A DNA stretch of 64,000 nt from Candidatus Nealsonbacteria bacterium (GCA_026016225.1 CP061210.1:258000-321999); one strand, 5' to 3'. Counted from the first letter of the stretch, positions 10,214 through 21,463 are shown. A program made the numbers and translations. The notes: generated by a model not told the origin, from the letters alone.

Positions 10214-10921
10214 ATGCTCAGTGTCATTATTCCTACCTTAAATGAAGAAAGGTATCTTCCTCTTTTGCTGAAGAGAATTAAAGAGCAAAATTTTAAAGAT
10301 TACGAAATAATTGTTGCAGATGCAGACTCTGATGATAAAACAGTAAAGATAGCTGAAGAATTTGGCTGTAAAATTGTAAAAGGTGGTTCGCCAGCTAAAG
10401 GAAGGAATGAGGGAGCAAAGATTGCCAAAGGGGATTTGTTTTTGTTTATTGATGCAGACAATAAAATCTTATCTAATAATTTTTTAGAGAAACTTGTCAA
10501 AGAATTTGAAGGGAGAAATTTAGGAGTGGCTTCTTTTCCAATTTATCCCAATGGGGGCAAGTTTGATAAATTTATCTATTGGTTTTATAACTTATGGGTG
10601 AAGCTAACTCAATTTTTTTTAGCCCATGCTACCAGTGCTGTTTTAGTCAAAAGAGTAATTCACCAAAAAATTGGCGGCTTTGATGAAGAAATAAAAATGG
10701 GTGAAGACCATGAATATGCCAGAAGAGCAGGGAAATGTGGAAGATTCGGCTTTCTCGAAATAGAACCCATTTTAACCTCTTCTCGGAGATTGGAGAACGA
10801 AGGAAGAATAAAGATATATTTAAAATATGTTTTAGCCGGGATTTATATGATATTTTTTGGACCGATAAAATCAGATATTTTTAAATACCGGTTTGTCAAT
10901 TCATTAAAAAATAATAGATAA
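10214..10921 (+). CDS. Glycosyltransferase family 2
   Basis: SVIIPTLNEE, FIDAD (DxD), GGFDE, ED motif. Confidence 0.9.
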   Translation: MLSVIIPTLNEERYLPLLLKRIKEQNFKDYEIIVADADSDDKTVKIAEEFGCKIVKGGSPAKGRNEGAKIAKGDLFLFIDADNKILSNNFLEKLVKEFEGRNLGVASFPIYPNGGKFDKFIYWFYNLWVKLTQFFLAHATSAVLVKRVIHQKIGGFDEEIKMGEDHEYARRAGKCGRFGFLEIEPILTSSRRLENEGRIKIYLKYVLAGIYMIFFGPIKSDIFKYRFVNSLKNNR

Positions 10922-10931
10922 TAAATTTATT

Positions 10932-12155
10932 ATGGTTAACTATCAATTACCCAAATTTAAACTGCCAAAATTGAAAGCGCCAAAAATTAAATCTTCAGGG
11001 TTGAGAAAAACAAAACTCTCTCAGATTTTAATTTTAGTTATTTTAATTTCCTCTTTTTCTGGTTTTTTGGCGGGAATAGTCTCTGGCACCTATTTTTATC
11101 AAGAAATGGTAAATCTTTTGAATAAATTAAATACCGAAATTAATAATATCAAGATAGTTCCCCAAAATAATTATCTTCCCCAGGTTTCCCAAGAACAAAT
11201 AATAGTTGAGGTTGTTGAGAAAGTTTCTCCTGCCGTTGTCAGTATTATTATCACTAAAGACCAACCAGTGTTTGAAAAAAGACAGGTTGGGGGAGGAACA
11301 GGATTTATTATTTCTGAAGATGGAATGGTTTTAACCAATAAACATGTGGTTTTAGATGAAACAGCTGAATATACCGTTTTAACATTAGATAATAAAAAAT
11401 TTCCGGCTGAAGTTTTAGCAAGAGATCCTATTCAAGATATAGCAATATTGAGGATTGGACAGGAAGAATCTGCTCCAGAAGAAATAAAACCTTTTCCAAA
11501 AATAAACCTGGGAGATTCAGATGAAATAAAGATTGGTCAGACGGCAATTGCCATAGGTTATGTTTTAGGGAAATATCAAAATGCAGTTTCAGTTGGTGTT
11601 GTTTCTGGTTTAGGCAGAACAATTATAGCTTCAGGCGGAGGGTTTTATGAGACCCTTGAAGATATAATTCAGACAGATGCTGCTATTAACATGGGAAATT
11701 CAGGAGGTCCTCTCTTAAATTTAAAAGGCGAAGTAATAGGCATTAATACAGCCATTGATATCGAAGGGCAAAATATTGGCTTTGCTATTCCCATTAATAA
11801 AGCAAAGAGAGATATTGAACAGGTTAAAGCTTTAGGTAAAATCGTTTATCCCTTTTTAGGAGTAAGGTACATCTTAATTAATGAAGATGTTCAAAGAGAA
11901 AATAATCTTGGGGTTGATTACGGAGCCTGGGTAGTATCATATCAAGGTAAGCCTGCTATTTTTCCAGACTCAGCTGCAGAAAAGGCGGGTTTAAAAGAAA
12001 GAGATATAATTTTGGAGTTTAACGGAGAGAAAATTACTATGGAGAATAGTTTAGCAAAAATCATTATAAACTATAATCCGGGGGATAAAGTTTCTTTGAA
12101 AATCTTAAGAGACAATACAGAAAAGCTTATTAATGCGACTCTGGGAGAAATGTAA
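10932..12155 (+). CDS. HtrA/DegP-family serine protease with PDZ domain
   Basis: TM anchor, LTNKHVV, DIAIL, TDAAINMGNSGGPL, C-terminal PDZ. Confidence 0.93.
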   Translation: MVNYQLPKFKLPKLKAPKIKSSGLRKTKLSQILILVILISSFSGFLAGIVSGTYFYQEMVNLLNKLNTEINNIKIVPQNNYLPQVSQEQIIVEVVEKVSPAVVSIIITKDQPVFEKRQVGGGTGFIISEDGMVLTNKHVVLDETAEYTVLTLDNKKFPAEVLARDPIQDIAILRIGQEESAPEEIKPFPKINLGDSDEIKIGQTAIAIGYVLGKYQNAVSVGVVSGLGRTIIASGGGFYETLEDIIQTDAAINMGNSGGPLLNLKGEVIGINTAIDIEGQNIGFAIPINKAKRDIEQVKALGKIVYPFLGVRYILINEDVQRENNLGVDYGAWVVSYQGKPAIFPDSAAEKAGLKERDIILEFNGEKITMENSLAKIIINYNPGDKVSLKILRDNTEKLINATLGEM

Positions 12156-12249
12156 GCAACCCGTTTTCTTATTAGTTTGGACAAATAAAGGTAATTTTGT
12201 TTGTTTTTTAAACTTGATTTTTTAAATTTTTAGGGTAAAATTAAATACG

Positions 12250-14961
12250 ATGAACGGAGGTCAATTTACTCATAAAGCTCAAGAAGCAATAATTACTGCC
12301 CAGGAATTAAGCAGAAAAAGGGATCAGCAGCAAATAGATGCCTTACATTTACTTTATGCTTTGTTAAATCAAGAGGAAAGCATTGTTTTAAGTTTGCTCG
12401 ATAGAATAGGTGTAAATGTCGATAGCTTAAAAAGAAAAACAGAATTAACCTTAGACAAAATTACAACCATTATTACTCCTCATACCTTTGGGCAGTTTTA
12501 TTTAACGCAAGATATGGCAAAGATTTTAGATAAGGCAAAGAAAGAATCTATAAGGATGGGAGATGACTATATTTCAGTTGAACATTTATTTTTAGCCCTT
12601 TTATCTACCGACACAAAAGCAAAAGGAATTTTAGATAAAGCTACTTTTTTAAAACCAGAGAGCAAAAGTAGCTCACTTGAGTTTGGAAAATTAGATTATG
12701 ATGCTGTCTTGAAAGAATTAGCTAAAATCAGGGGTGGACAGAGAATTACCGACCCAAAACCTGAGACAAAATATCAGGTAATTGAAAAATATGCCAGGAA
12801 TTTAACGTCCTTAGCCAAAAAGGGAAAATTAGATCCTGTTATTGGCAGGGAGAATGAAATAAAAAGACTGATGCAAATTCTTTCTCGGAGAACAAAAAAC
12901 AATCCTGTTTTGATTGGGGAAGCTGGAGTGGGTAAAACAGCTATTGTTGAAGGTTTGGCTCAAAGGATTGTTTCGGGACAGGTTCCGGAAAGCTTAAAAG
13001 ACAAAGAAATAATAGCTTTGGATTTAGGAGCTTTGGTCGCAGGAACAAGATACAGGGGAGAATTTGAAGATAGGGTAAAAGCTCTCTTGAGAGAAATTAA
13101 TAGGGCAAAGGGTAGATATTTGTTATTTATTGATGAACTTCATACCTTGGTGGGGGCTGGAGCTGCTGAAGGTGCAATTGATGCTTCAAATTTATTAAAG
13201 CCTGCTTTATCAAGAGGAGAGTTAAAAGCGATAGGAGCTACCACTTTAAGAGAATATCAAAAATACATCGAAAGAGACCAGGCTTTAGAAAGAAGATTCC
13301 AGCCAATTTATGTTGCAGAACCTTCCATTGAAGATACTATTGAAATTTTAAGAGGCATTAAAGAAAAATATGAATTGCATCACGGAGTAAAAATAGGAGA
13401 TTCTGTTTTAGTCACCTGCGCTCAGTTAGCAGCAAGGTATATCACTGATAGATTTTTACCCGACAAAGCTGTTGATTTAATGGATGAATCAATGAGTGCT
13501 TTAAGGTTGGAAATTGAATCAGAACCTCCTGAATTAGAGAATTTAAGAAAAGAAATCAAAAAATTAAAAATTGAAAAAGAGGGAATTAAAAAAGAAAAAG
13601 GAGTTGAAAGAAGATTAAAAGTAATTTCAAGACAACTTTCTGATTTAAAAGAAAAAGAAAAGGTAATTCAAACTAAATGGCAGACAGAAAAAGAGTTAAT
13701 CGCGAAAATAAAAAATCTAAAAAAAGATATTGAACGGGCTCGATTTGAAGCTGAAAAAGGTATTGCCGGAGCTGATTTGCAGAAAGTAGCTGAAATAAAA
13801 TATGAAAAAATCCCAAATCTTCTGAAAGAATTGAAAACATTTGAAAGAAAATTAGCCAGAGCTCAGAAAAAACATTCTATTTTAAAAGAAGAAGTTTCTG
13901 AAGAAGATGTAGCAGGAGTAGTTTCTCGCTGGACAGGTATTCCTGTTACAAGATTATTAGAAGAAGAAATTAAGAAGCTGGAAAAGATGGAAAGCATTAT
14001 TGCCAAAAGAATAATAGGCCAAAGAGAAGCTATTGCAGCCATCTCCAATGCTGTTCGTAGGGCAAGAGCAGGCATTTCTGAGGAGAACAGACCGATGGGC
14101 TCTTTTATGTTTTTAGGACCAACCGGTGTAGGAAAAACCGAGACCGCCAAGGCACTGGCTAAATTCTTATTCAATGATGAGAATGCTATGATTCGTCTTG
14201 ATATGTCAGAGTATATGGAAAAACATACTGTTTCCAAGATGATTGGTTCTCCTCCAGGTTATGTAGGTTACGATGAGGGAGGCCAATTAACCGAAAAGAT
14301 ACGGAGAAGGCCATATAGCGTGGTTTTATTAGACGAGATTGAAAAAGCCAATTCAGAAGTCTTTAATATTTTACTTCAGATTTTAGAAGATGGTAGATTA
14401 ACCGATGCCAAAGGCAGGGTAGCTTCTTTTAAAAATACAATTTTGATTATGACTTCAAATGTTGGTTCAGAGATTATTGCAAGAGAAGCTTCTTTAGGTT
14501 TTGTCGGTGGTGATAAAGAAAAGAGTCAAAGAGAAAATTTAAGAGAGAAGCTATTAACAGCTTTAAAAGAAAGTTTCAGACCAGAATTTCTAAACAGAGT
14601 AGATGAAATTATTATTTTTGACTATTTAACAAGAGCTGAAATTAAACAAATTACCGATTTAGAACTTCAGAAAGTTGCTGAAAGATTGATGGAAAAAAAG
14701 ATTACAATTAAGGTTACAGAAAAAGTGAAGGACCTTATTGCAGAAAAAGGTTTTGACTCTAACCTCGGAGCCAGACCTTTAAAACGGGTAATACAAAAAA
14801 AACTACTGGACCCTCTTTCTCTTGAGATTGTTTCCGGGGAAGTAAAAGAAGGAGACAGGATTATGATTGACCTAAAAGACAAAAAAATAATTTTTGAAAA
14901 TTTGAGAAGTTTAGCTAAAACCAAAAGAGTTAAAAAACAAAAAGTAGCTGTTTCGAGCTAA
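12250..14961 (+). CDS. clpB: ATP-dependent chaperone ClpB
   Basis: Clp N-domain, two AAA+ modules ([16 protein letters not shown]), long middle coiled coil, PPGYVGY. Confidence 0.9.
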   Translation: MNGGQFTHKAQEAIITAQELSRKRDQQQIDALHLLYALLNQEESIVLSLLDRIGVNVDSLKRKTELTLDKITTIITPHTFGQFYLTQDMAKILDKAKKESIRMGDDYISVEHLFLALLSTDTKAKGILDKATFLKPESKSSSLEFGKLDYDAVLKELAKIRGGQRITDPKPETKYQVIEKYARNLTSLAKKGKLDPVIGRENEIKRLMQILSRRTKNNPVLIGEAGVGKTAIVEGLAQRIVSGQVPESLKDKEIIALDLGALVAGTRYRGEFEDRVKALLREINRAKGRYLLFIDELHTLVGAGAAEGAIDASNLLKPALSRGELKAIGATTLREYQKYIERDQALERRFQPIYVAEPSIEDTIEILRGIKEKYELHHGVKIGDSVLVTCAQLAARYITDRFLPDKAVDLMDESMSALRLEIESEPPELENLRKEIKKLKIEKEGIKKEKGVERRLKVISRQLSDLKEKEKVIQTKWQTEKELIAKIKNLKKDIERARFEAEKGIAGADLQKVAEIKYEKIPNLLKELKTFERKLARAQKKHSILKEEVSEEDVAGVVSRWTGIPVTRLLEEEIKKLEKMESIIAKRIIGQREAIAAISNAVRRARAGISEENRPMGSFMFLGPTGVGKTETAKALAKFLFNDENAMIRLDMSEYMEKHTVSKMIGSPPGYVGYDEGGQLTEKIRRRPYSVVLLDEIEKANSEVFNILLQILEDGRLTDAKGRVASFKNTILIMTSNVGSEIIAREASLGFVGGDKEKSQRENLREKLLTALKESFRPEFLNRVDEIIIFDYLTRAEIKQITDLELQKVAERLMEKKITIKVTEKVKDLIAEKGFDSNLGARPLKRVIQKKLLDPLSLEIVSGEVKEGDRIMIDLKDKKIIFENLRSLAKTKRVKKQKVAVSS

Positions 14962-14974
14962 TCTTAAATATGAA

Positions 14975-15655
14975 ATGAAAAAAACTATTTTTAAGATTTT
15001 AGCGATTTTTTTAATAGGTATTGGTGGCGGAATTTTTGCTAACCATGTCCTGTGGCCCTATTTTGCAGAAAGACCCGTTTATATAACTGAAAAAAAAGAA
15101 ATAACTATTCAAGAAAATACTGCTTTAAAAAATGCTATTGAAAAAGTAGAAAGGACGGTCGTTGGAATTGAAACAAAGACAAAAGAAGAAATCCTGTACG
15201 GTTCAGGTTTAATTTTGACCTCAGATGGTTTAGTGGTAACCCTGGCAGAATTAGTTCCCAAAGGTGCTAATGTTAGTCTTTTTCTTGATGGAAAATCAAT
15301 CCCTTTTCAAATTTTGAAGAGAGATTTAAATAATAATTTAGCTTTAATAAAGGTTGAGAAAGATAATTTACCGACAGTGGGTTTTGCCGCATTTGAGAAA
15401 ATAAAATTAGGAGAAAGAGTTTTTTTAGTTGGTGCAACTTTTGAGGAGACAGAAGTTAAAAAAGAAACTAATGAAGGAATTGTAAAATACTTTGACAAAG
15501 ATTCCATTCGAACAAATATCTTTGAGAAAGCTTCTTTATCAGGTAGTCCTCTCTTTAATATAGAGGGTGAGGTTCTGGGATTGAATACGGTTGATTCTTT
15601 GGGAAGGGTCATTGCTATTCCCGTTACCGAAATAAGAACCTTCGCGGGATTTTAA
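14975..15655 (+). CDS. Membrane-anchored trypsin-like (S1C) domain protein, probably catalytically degenerate
   Basis: GSGLILTSDGLVVT and SGSPLFN match the HtrA fold, but the catalytic His (TLAEL) and Asp (NLALI) are missing. Confidence 0.7.
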   Translation: MKKTIFKILAIFLIGIGGGIFANHVLWPYFAERPVYITEKKEITIQENTALKNAIEKVERTVVGIETKTKEEILYGSGLILTSDGLVVTLAELVPKGANVSLFLDGKSIPFQILKRDLNNNLALIKVEKDNLPTVGFAAFEKIKLGERVFLVGATFEETEVKKETNEGIVKYFDKDSIRTNIFEKASLSGSPLFNIEGEVLGLNTVDSLGRVIAIPVTEIRTFAGF

Positions 15656-15683
15656 CCGCGAAGAACCTTGCTTTCGCTTCGCT

Positions 15684-15710
15684 CAAGTAAAAACCTTTGC
15701 CGGTTTCTAA
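15684..15710 (+). repeat. Orphan recoded copy of the 3' end of the 14975..15655 gene
   Basis: caa gta aaa acc ttt gcc ggt ttc taa (QVKTFAGF*) versus gaa ata aga acc ttc gcg gga ttt taa (EIRTFAGF*) at 15629-15655. Confidence 0.75.
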
Positions 15711-15882
15711 AGATTAAAATTATAGAATTATGAAATTAATTAATCACCAAAAAGGAAATCACTTTTTTCTAATCGATTTAATGTTTAGTTTAATCTTACT
15801 TGTAGTAATGTTTTATTTTGCAATCAGGTAGTTTCAAGCAAAAAGAATAATTAACACTTTCCTTTTTAATTTACAACAACAA

Positions 15883-15911
15883 TTAAGGACACACAGGATA
15901 GGTGAGCTTTT
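15883..15911 (-). repeat. Orphan copy of the 3' end of the lamin-tail protein gene
   Basis: 27/29 nt identical to 17118-17146; both encode KLTYPVCP*, and both differences are synonymous. Confidence 0.85.
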
Positions 15912-16109
15912 TTGGTTGTGGTGTCTTAGAAAGACCGTGGACAATGGTCGAATAATTATCTTAAATTTGAGTTAGAAGTGAAAATTTAAGGAATTGGACT
16001 TCTCTTCGGAGCAATATCAAAAAAGAATTTATATGTGAGTTTTTAACTAGTATGAACTAATATTCGCACTGACACTTGACAAGATTCCCGATACCGGTAA
16101 AATTAAGGT

Positions 16110-16832
16110 ATGGCAGAAAATCTTCTAACTATAACTGAAACTTCCCAATTGACCGGTATTAACCCTGAAACTCTTAAAAAACGTTGCCAGAGTGGTTCAA
16201 TTCCTGGGGCAATTAAAAAGGGTAAAACTTGGTTGATACCTGAAAGCTCTTCGTTGGGCTTCAATAGACCAAAAGTAGGTGTTTATATTGATGGTCCAAA
16301 TCTATTACATGGAGGGCTAGAGACTGGATGGCTTATAGATTATAAAAAACTCAATAAGTTTATTAAAAAAGATTACAATCCCGTAGTTCTTTCTTATTAT
16401 GATTCTGTGGGTCATGAAAGAGATAAGAAAGGCTCATTCATAAAAAATAGCGATGGTAAATTTATACCCAGAAAAGGTCAATTAAAATTTCTAAATCTAT
16501 TAAAAGGACTAGGTTATAGGATAGTTTCTCCTTCTTTGAAATACATTTGTGGGGATATGCAAAGGCCCAAAAATACTACAGATAACCATATCAATTGGGA
16601 CGTGGCAAAAGAAAAAGAACTATGGGAACAGCTTTTTCTCTTTTCTGGAGATTCAGACTTTGAAAGGCTTGTTGATGAGGTTGTAGCATTAAATAAAACA
16701 GTTAAGATTTTCAGCTTCTCAAACCGCTTGTCTTACGAACTTAAAATTAAAGCATTTAATTCACCCCTTGTAGCGTTCACGGAACTAGAAAAACTTAAAG
16801 ATATATTAGCTCTTCCCCAGAAAAAAAAGTAG
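16110..16832 (+). CDS. Excisionase-like HTH fused to a NYN (PIN-fold) ribonuclease domain
   Basis: N-terminal LLTITETSQLTGINPETLKKRC..IPGAIKKGKTWLIP; NYN motifs VYIDGPN, KNTTD, FSGDSDF. Confidence 0.82.
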   Translation: MAENLLTITETSQLTGINPETLKKRCQSGSIPGAIKKGKTWLIPESSSLGFNRPKVGVYIDGPNLLHGGLETGWLIDYKKLNKFIKKDYNPVVLSYYDSVGHERDKKGSFIKNSDGKFIPRKGQLKFLNLLKGLGYRIVSPSLKYICGDMQRPKNTTDNHINWDVAKEKELWEQLFLFSGDSDFERLVDEVVALNKTVKIFSFSNRLSYELKIKAFNSPLVAFTELEKLKDILALPQKKK

Positions 16833-16889
16833 AGGGGAGGGTCTTGACAAGCTCTCTTGGTTTGCTAAAGTAAAATATAAAGAACTTCA

Positions 16890-16912
16890 CCCGGCTTCGG
16901 CCGGGGTTTTTT
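16890..16912 (+). terminator. Intrinsic terminator-like hairpin with UUCG loop
   Basis: CCCGGC-TTCG-GCCGGG followed by G and T6. Confidence 0.75.
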
Positions 16913-17069
16913 AAATAAACGTAAAATAGTGTCAACTGTATTTTTTCTAAGATTTTCTCTAATTTTTCTCCAATTAATAGTTTTGAATATGTCCAATAGG
17001 GGGGAGCTTTTTTCCACAGATTAAACTTGACATTTTTCTATAATAAGATAATATATAATTACTAACACT

Positions 17070-17102
17070 CCCGCCCCTAGCTTCGGCTAATGGCGGGTTT
17101 TT
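17070..17102 (+). terminator. Intrinsic terminator-like hairpin with UUCG loop
   Basis: CCCGCC(CC)TAGC-TTCG-GCTA(AT)GGCGGG followed by T5; TTGACA at 17027. Confidence 0.7.
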
Positions 17103-17117
17103 CGTTTTTATCCTCAC

Positions 17118-20100
17118 TTAAGGGCAAACAGGATAGGTGAGCTTTTCGTCCTCATCATTGAAAACGAAAACAGTCTTTTGGGCTTCAAATTGAGTAATTG
17201 TTTCATAAATTTTTTGACAATCAATGTTTCCTAAAAAAGAAACGGCGTAAATATTTTTTTCAATTAATGAATCTTTTATTGAAATATTAACATTTTCGCC
17301 GAGAGTAATAGCTCCAGCAGGCGGATGCTTTGTTCCTCCGTATCTAATAATTACATTTTCCAGAATAGAATCAGTAGTAGAAGAATGAAAGTAAAGATTA
17401 GCCCAATTCCCGGAAGCTGGTTGAGTGCCAGTACCGTCGTTATTTGTATCTCCTTCAACGTCATCTTTAAGAGAAGTAAAAATGATTGGTTGAGCAGGAG
17501 TTCCCCGAGCTAAAAGTTTCCCCCAAATGGTTATTCTTTTTTGATTTATTAGCTTTATTATAACCCCGGGTTCAAGAGTAAGAGTTCCTTCTCCTGAACC
17601 ATTATTATTAAAAATATAGGGTAGGTCGGCATACAAGGTTGTAGTAGAAATTTCTGTTCCAATTAAAACTCCATTATAGTTATTATTTTCCGCTGAATTT
17701 CCTCTGAAAAATGGATGGGCGGCATTAAAATAAATTGGTTTTTCATTGTTTCTGAAAATATTTTCTTCAATCTTTGAATTGGCTTCATTCGTTATATAAA
17801 TTCCATAATAATTTCCTGAGAAAGAGCAATTTTTTACCCCAAGAGTTCCTCCTTCAATAATGACAGCTTTCCCATATTTTTCATTAAGTACAGTATTAAA
17901 GTCAGAAAAAGAAACTTTATCGATAGTTGAAGAAGAGTTATTTAACCAAATTCCTATCGTGGCATTACTACTGTTTTCGAAGACAGAATCCTTAAAGCTA
18001 ATTGAATTTTCATAAACACTTATAATAATAGTTTCTGTACAATTGGAGTCCCAGCATCTTTTAGCTTTTTCAATTTTAAGGAATTCTAATTGAGAGACTT
18101 TTTGATTTTCTGGTGCATTGCTTTTAAACATAATTCCTGCCCAATTTTCATTGCTGTTTGAGGTGAAAATAATTTCTTTTCCCTCTTTGCCTACAGCTTT
18201 TAAACATCCTTCAACGAAAACCAATTTAGTAGGGGCAAATTTTAATATTACCTCAGGTTCAACATTTAAAATTTTATCTTCTGGAATATGTAATCGAGTA
18301 TTAATAATATAAGGACTGCCAAGATAAGTAAGAGTGATTTCTTCAAATTCGCTAAAAGGTAATATATTAGATGAAGAAATCTCAGTCTCAGACTTAGAAA
18401 CACTATTTTCTGCTTTTGGGGTACCATTGATTCTATTTCCTTTTGCGTCGAGTCCATTTCTGGTAATTAAATTATTACTGGCCCAATTAGTAGAGTCTAT
18501 CCCTGAAATATCTGCTTTGATTCTTTCCATTGAAATATAGGCGGGAGTGGTTGTGCCGGCAAACCAGCCTGAAGAACAATCAACAACATCAATTAGTTCA
18601 CCCTTAGCATTTCTTAATTCAATTTTTTCTCCTTTATTATTTAAAGCCCCGGTATATATTTGGTCAGCCGCTATATCAGGAAGAGTAGTATTATCATCAG
18701 TCCTTTCTAATAAGTAAAAGCCATTACCAGATATAGTGGTAGTGGTAGCTGTAGAGGTAGAAAAAATAATAGAATGAATAGTTGTTCCATGACTCCAGGA
18801 AAGAGTCCAATTATTTAAATCAATATCAGTAGAACTGGTATTATAAAGTTCAATCCACTCATCATTAGGAGAGGCTCCTGTTCCCATCCAGGCAATTTCA
18901 TTAATTAAAATTTTTAGTGGAGGTAAAGAAGGTGGGGGCGGAGGGGTTGGAGTTGTACCTCCGCCGCCTCCACCTTCGCCACCATAATATACATAATAGC
19001 CGCTGCTATTTTCCATTTTTGGTGTACCCCCGATATTGCTACTTGTTTGCCATTCTAAATTATGTTTTCGTTCCATCGTTTTTTTTGAAGAATTATCTCC
19101 AGCTTGCCAATTTGAGATAGCTAAAGCTTCATCTTGGAGATGACAATTTTCATCAAAAAGATATAATGCTTCATTTGTGTTACCAATGGCTCCAGTATAA
19201 ATTAAGTCAGCTGATAGTCCGGGTACAGAGTCGTCATTTGTTCTCTCTAAAAGCAAAAATCCACCTGGCTGAATGGTATGTTGATTATTGAAAATAATTT
19301 TTATCTTTTTATCTTTATCTAAAAGTTGCCATCCACTTAAATTAATTTCATTTCCGGAAATATTTTTTAACTCAATCCACTCATTATTCGCTGAATTAAC
19401 AGTTCCCATCCAGGCTATTTCGTTTATAATTACTTTATCTTTTACGGGAGAGCTACTGGGAATTTTTTGACACAATATTTGTTCGGTTTCTTGCTCTTGC
19501 TCGCCCTCTTTTTGTTCTGCTTTTTCTTGAGTAATTTCCTCTTGCTTCTCCTTTTCTGGTTCTTTAATTTCATTTTCTAATTTTTTAATTTTCTCTAAAA
19601 ATTTTTCAACAATGCTACTTAATTTTTCAATATCTTGTTTAATACTATTTTCTTTTTGAGAAAAGATATCAATTCTTTCAGAAATATCACCTAATAGTTT
19701 TTGTATTTTTTCTAAACTTAGGGTTGTTTTTTGTTCTGATTCTATTCTCTGTTCCTTCAATTCTTTTAAAGAATCAGTTTCTTTAATATATTCATCTAAA
19801 TTATCAGTATCTAATCTGGTTAGTTTTTCTGTTGTTTCTTCTAACTGGGCCGTTGTTCCTGAACGAAAACTAATTATAAAATGACTTAATTTTTGAGTTG
19901 CTAAATTAATTCTGGTAAATCCTTTTTTAATTGCACTTTGAGACTTCTTACCGACATCAGAAATAAAACTACCCACATTTTTTGCTCCTTCTAATAAATT
20001 CGCTAAAGACAGCTTTGTTTTATCAAACAAGGAAGGTCCAGCTTCTTTTTCAACTAATTCATATTTTTTAATTGCATAAACAAGATTCTCTCTGAGCTCT

Positions 20101-20891
20101 ACTTGAGCTTGTTGTTTGAATTCCTCACTAATTCCATGATTAGTAATATGAGGACCCCATTTGTCAAAAAGAGTAGCAAATTGAGATTCTATGTAGGACT
20201 CATTTTTTTCTTTTTTCTCATTAAAAAAGCGAAGAGTAAGTAATGGTTTAGCTGCCCAACCCATAACAATTTTTGCATCTTCCCAAGCTGTTTCGTGAGA
20301 TTCATTATTTCTTCTCATATCAAAATAAAACCATAAGCTATCATACAATTTTACTGTTCTTATATTTTCAAAGACAGTAAAGATATTAATAACTTTATTA
20401 GTAATTGAGAATGTATTTAAGGTAAGGGCTGCTGTTGGTCCCGTAATTGCCCCTGATATTACGCGTGGAATGTCGTAACCTATATTTGTGTAAAAATTAA
20501 TAAGATTTAAGCGTTCGTTTAAAACGCTGTTAAAGTAATTTCTTGCTTCTGTTTTGTATCTTTGAGAGACCACTAAATCTATTAATTCCATTTCATTTAA
20601 GGCGCTTAAAATAAGCAAGCCGTAGGTGACATTTGTCGATACTTCTCCAATGCCAATTGTTGTATTTAAAATGCTTTTTAGCTTATCTTCAGTAATGGTA
20701 AAATTCGTTAATGTTTTCATTAAATCTAAACCTGTTTTGATTTTTTCTACCTGCTTATCAGTAATTTTTATTCTTTTAGCAAAAACAAGACCTCCAAATA
20801 CAAAATTAGCGATTATTGATAGCGTAATCGCTAAAACAAAGCTTTTTTTTAGATAAGATTTAATTTCTTTAATATTGTTCTTTTTTACCAC
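17118..20891 (-). CDS. Large exported protein with two lamin-tail domains and C-terminal beta-helix repeats
   Basis: N-terminal TM/signal, coiled coil, two INEIAWMGT..EWIEL repeats separated by a Gly/Pro linker, repeated PIIFTS/Asn-rich beta-helix motifs. Confidence 0.75.
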   Translation of the reverse strand: MVKKNNIKEIKSYLKKSFVLAITLSIIANFVFGGLVFAKRIKITDKQVEKIKTGLDLMKTLTNFTITEDKLKSILNTTIGIGEVSTNVTYGLLILSALNEMELIDLVVSQRYKTEARNYFNSVLNERLNLINFYTNIGYDIPRVISGAITGPTAALTLNTFSITNKVINIFTVFENIRTVKLYDSLWFYFDMRRNNESHETAWEDAKIVMGWAAKPLLTLRFFNEKKEKNESYIESQFATLFDKWGPHITNHGISEEFKQQAQVELRENLVYAIKKYELVEKEAGPSLFDKTKLSLANLLEGAKNVGSFISDVGKKSQSAIKKGFTRINLATQKLSHFIISFRSGTTAQLEETTEKLTRLDTDNLDEYIKETDSLKELKEQRIESEQKTTLSLEKIQKLLGDISERIDIFSQKENSIKQDIEKLSSIVEKFLEKIKKLENEIKEPEKEKQEEITQEKAEQKEGEQEQETEQILCQKIPSSSPVKDKVIINEIAWMGTVNSANNEWIELKNISGNEINLSGWQLLDKDKKIKIIFNNQHTIQPGGFLLLERTNDDSVPGLSADLIYTGAIGNTNEALYLFDENCHLQDEALAISNWQAGDNSSKKTMERKHNLEWQTSSNIGGTPKMENSSGYYVYYGGEGGGGGGTTPTPPPPPSLPPLKILINEIAWMGTGASPNDEWIELYNTSSTDIDLNNWTLSWSHGTTIHSIIFSTSTATTTTISGNGFYLLERTDDNTTLPDIAADQIYTGALNNKGEKIELRNAKGELIDVVDCSSGWFAGTTTPAYISMERIKADISGIDSTNWASNNLITRNGLDAKGNRINGTPKAENSVSKSETEISSSNILPFSEFEEITLTYLGSPYIINTRLHIPEDKILNVEPEVILKFAPTKLVFVEGCLKAVGKEGKEIIFTSNSNENWAGIMFKSNAPENQKVSQLEFLKIEKAKRCWDSNCTETIIISVYENSISFKDSVFENSSNATIGIWLNNSSSTIDKVSFSDFNTVLNEKYGKAVIIEGGTLGVKNCSFSGNYYGIYITNEANSKIEENIFRNNEKPIYFNAAHPFFRGNSAENNNYNGVLIGTEISTTTLYADLPYIFNNNGSGEGTLTLEPGVIIKLINQKRITIWGKLLARGTPAQPIIFTSLKDDVEGDTNNDGTGTQPASGNWANLYFHSSTTDSILENVIIRYGGTKHPPAGAITLGENVNISIKDSLIEKNIYAVSFLGNIDCQKIYETITQFEAQKTVFVFNDEDEKLTYPVCP

Positions 20892-21451
20892 TTTCCATTG
20901 TCAATAATATTTTCAATAAATTCTTCCGAACCACCTATTATTGCATAAATTACAGAATCTTTTTTGAAAAAATATGCAGACATACCAAGCAAAGGTACGT
21001 TCTCGTAACTTTTAATTACATCCAATTTTCCAACTTTGTCTTTACGGAAATCACCTATGAGACCAAAAGTCTCAAAGTTATTTTTTGTCCATATTTCTAA
21101 ATCTAAATTCTTTAAATTTTCTGTTTTAAATCTGTCGATAGCCATAATTCTAGACTCTCCCTTTTTTCCTTCAAAACCAATACTTGATGCTGTGTACCCT
21201 TTTTCTGTAGCTTCCGGCATGTATTTAATTTCTTCTATTCCTTCCCATTCCTTCGGTATTTCAAACTCATATCCATCTATTTTGTTCACCACTTTATAAT
21301 TACCGGTTAAGGTTTTTATTACTTTTATCCCCTCGGGTAAATTTTTATTTAAATCTTTTACATCCTTTTGGTTTTGCCAATAAAAAACCCCTCCAATAAT
21401 GAGGAGTAAAATAACAACAACCGGGATAATAAGTTTTTTAAACCTACCCAT
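20885..21451 (-). CDS. Membrane-anchored hypothetical protein
   Basis: N-terminal TM helix; GYEFEIPKEW motif resembling PsbP-like exported domains; overlaps the start of the downstream gene. Confidence 0.6.
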   Translation of the reverse strand: MGRFKKLIIPVVVILLLIIGGVFYWQNQKDVKDLNKNLPEGIKVIKTLTGNYKVVNKIDGYEFEIPKEWEGIEEIKYMPEATEKGYTASSIGFEGKKGESRIMAIDRFKTENLKNLDLEIWTKNNFETFGLIGDFRKDKVGKLDVIKSYENVPLLGMSAYFFKKDSVIYAIIGGSEEFIENIIDNGKW

Positions 21452-21463
21452 ATTTTCTTAATT

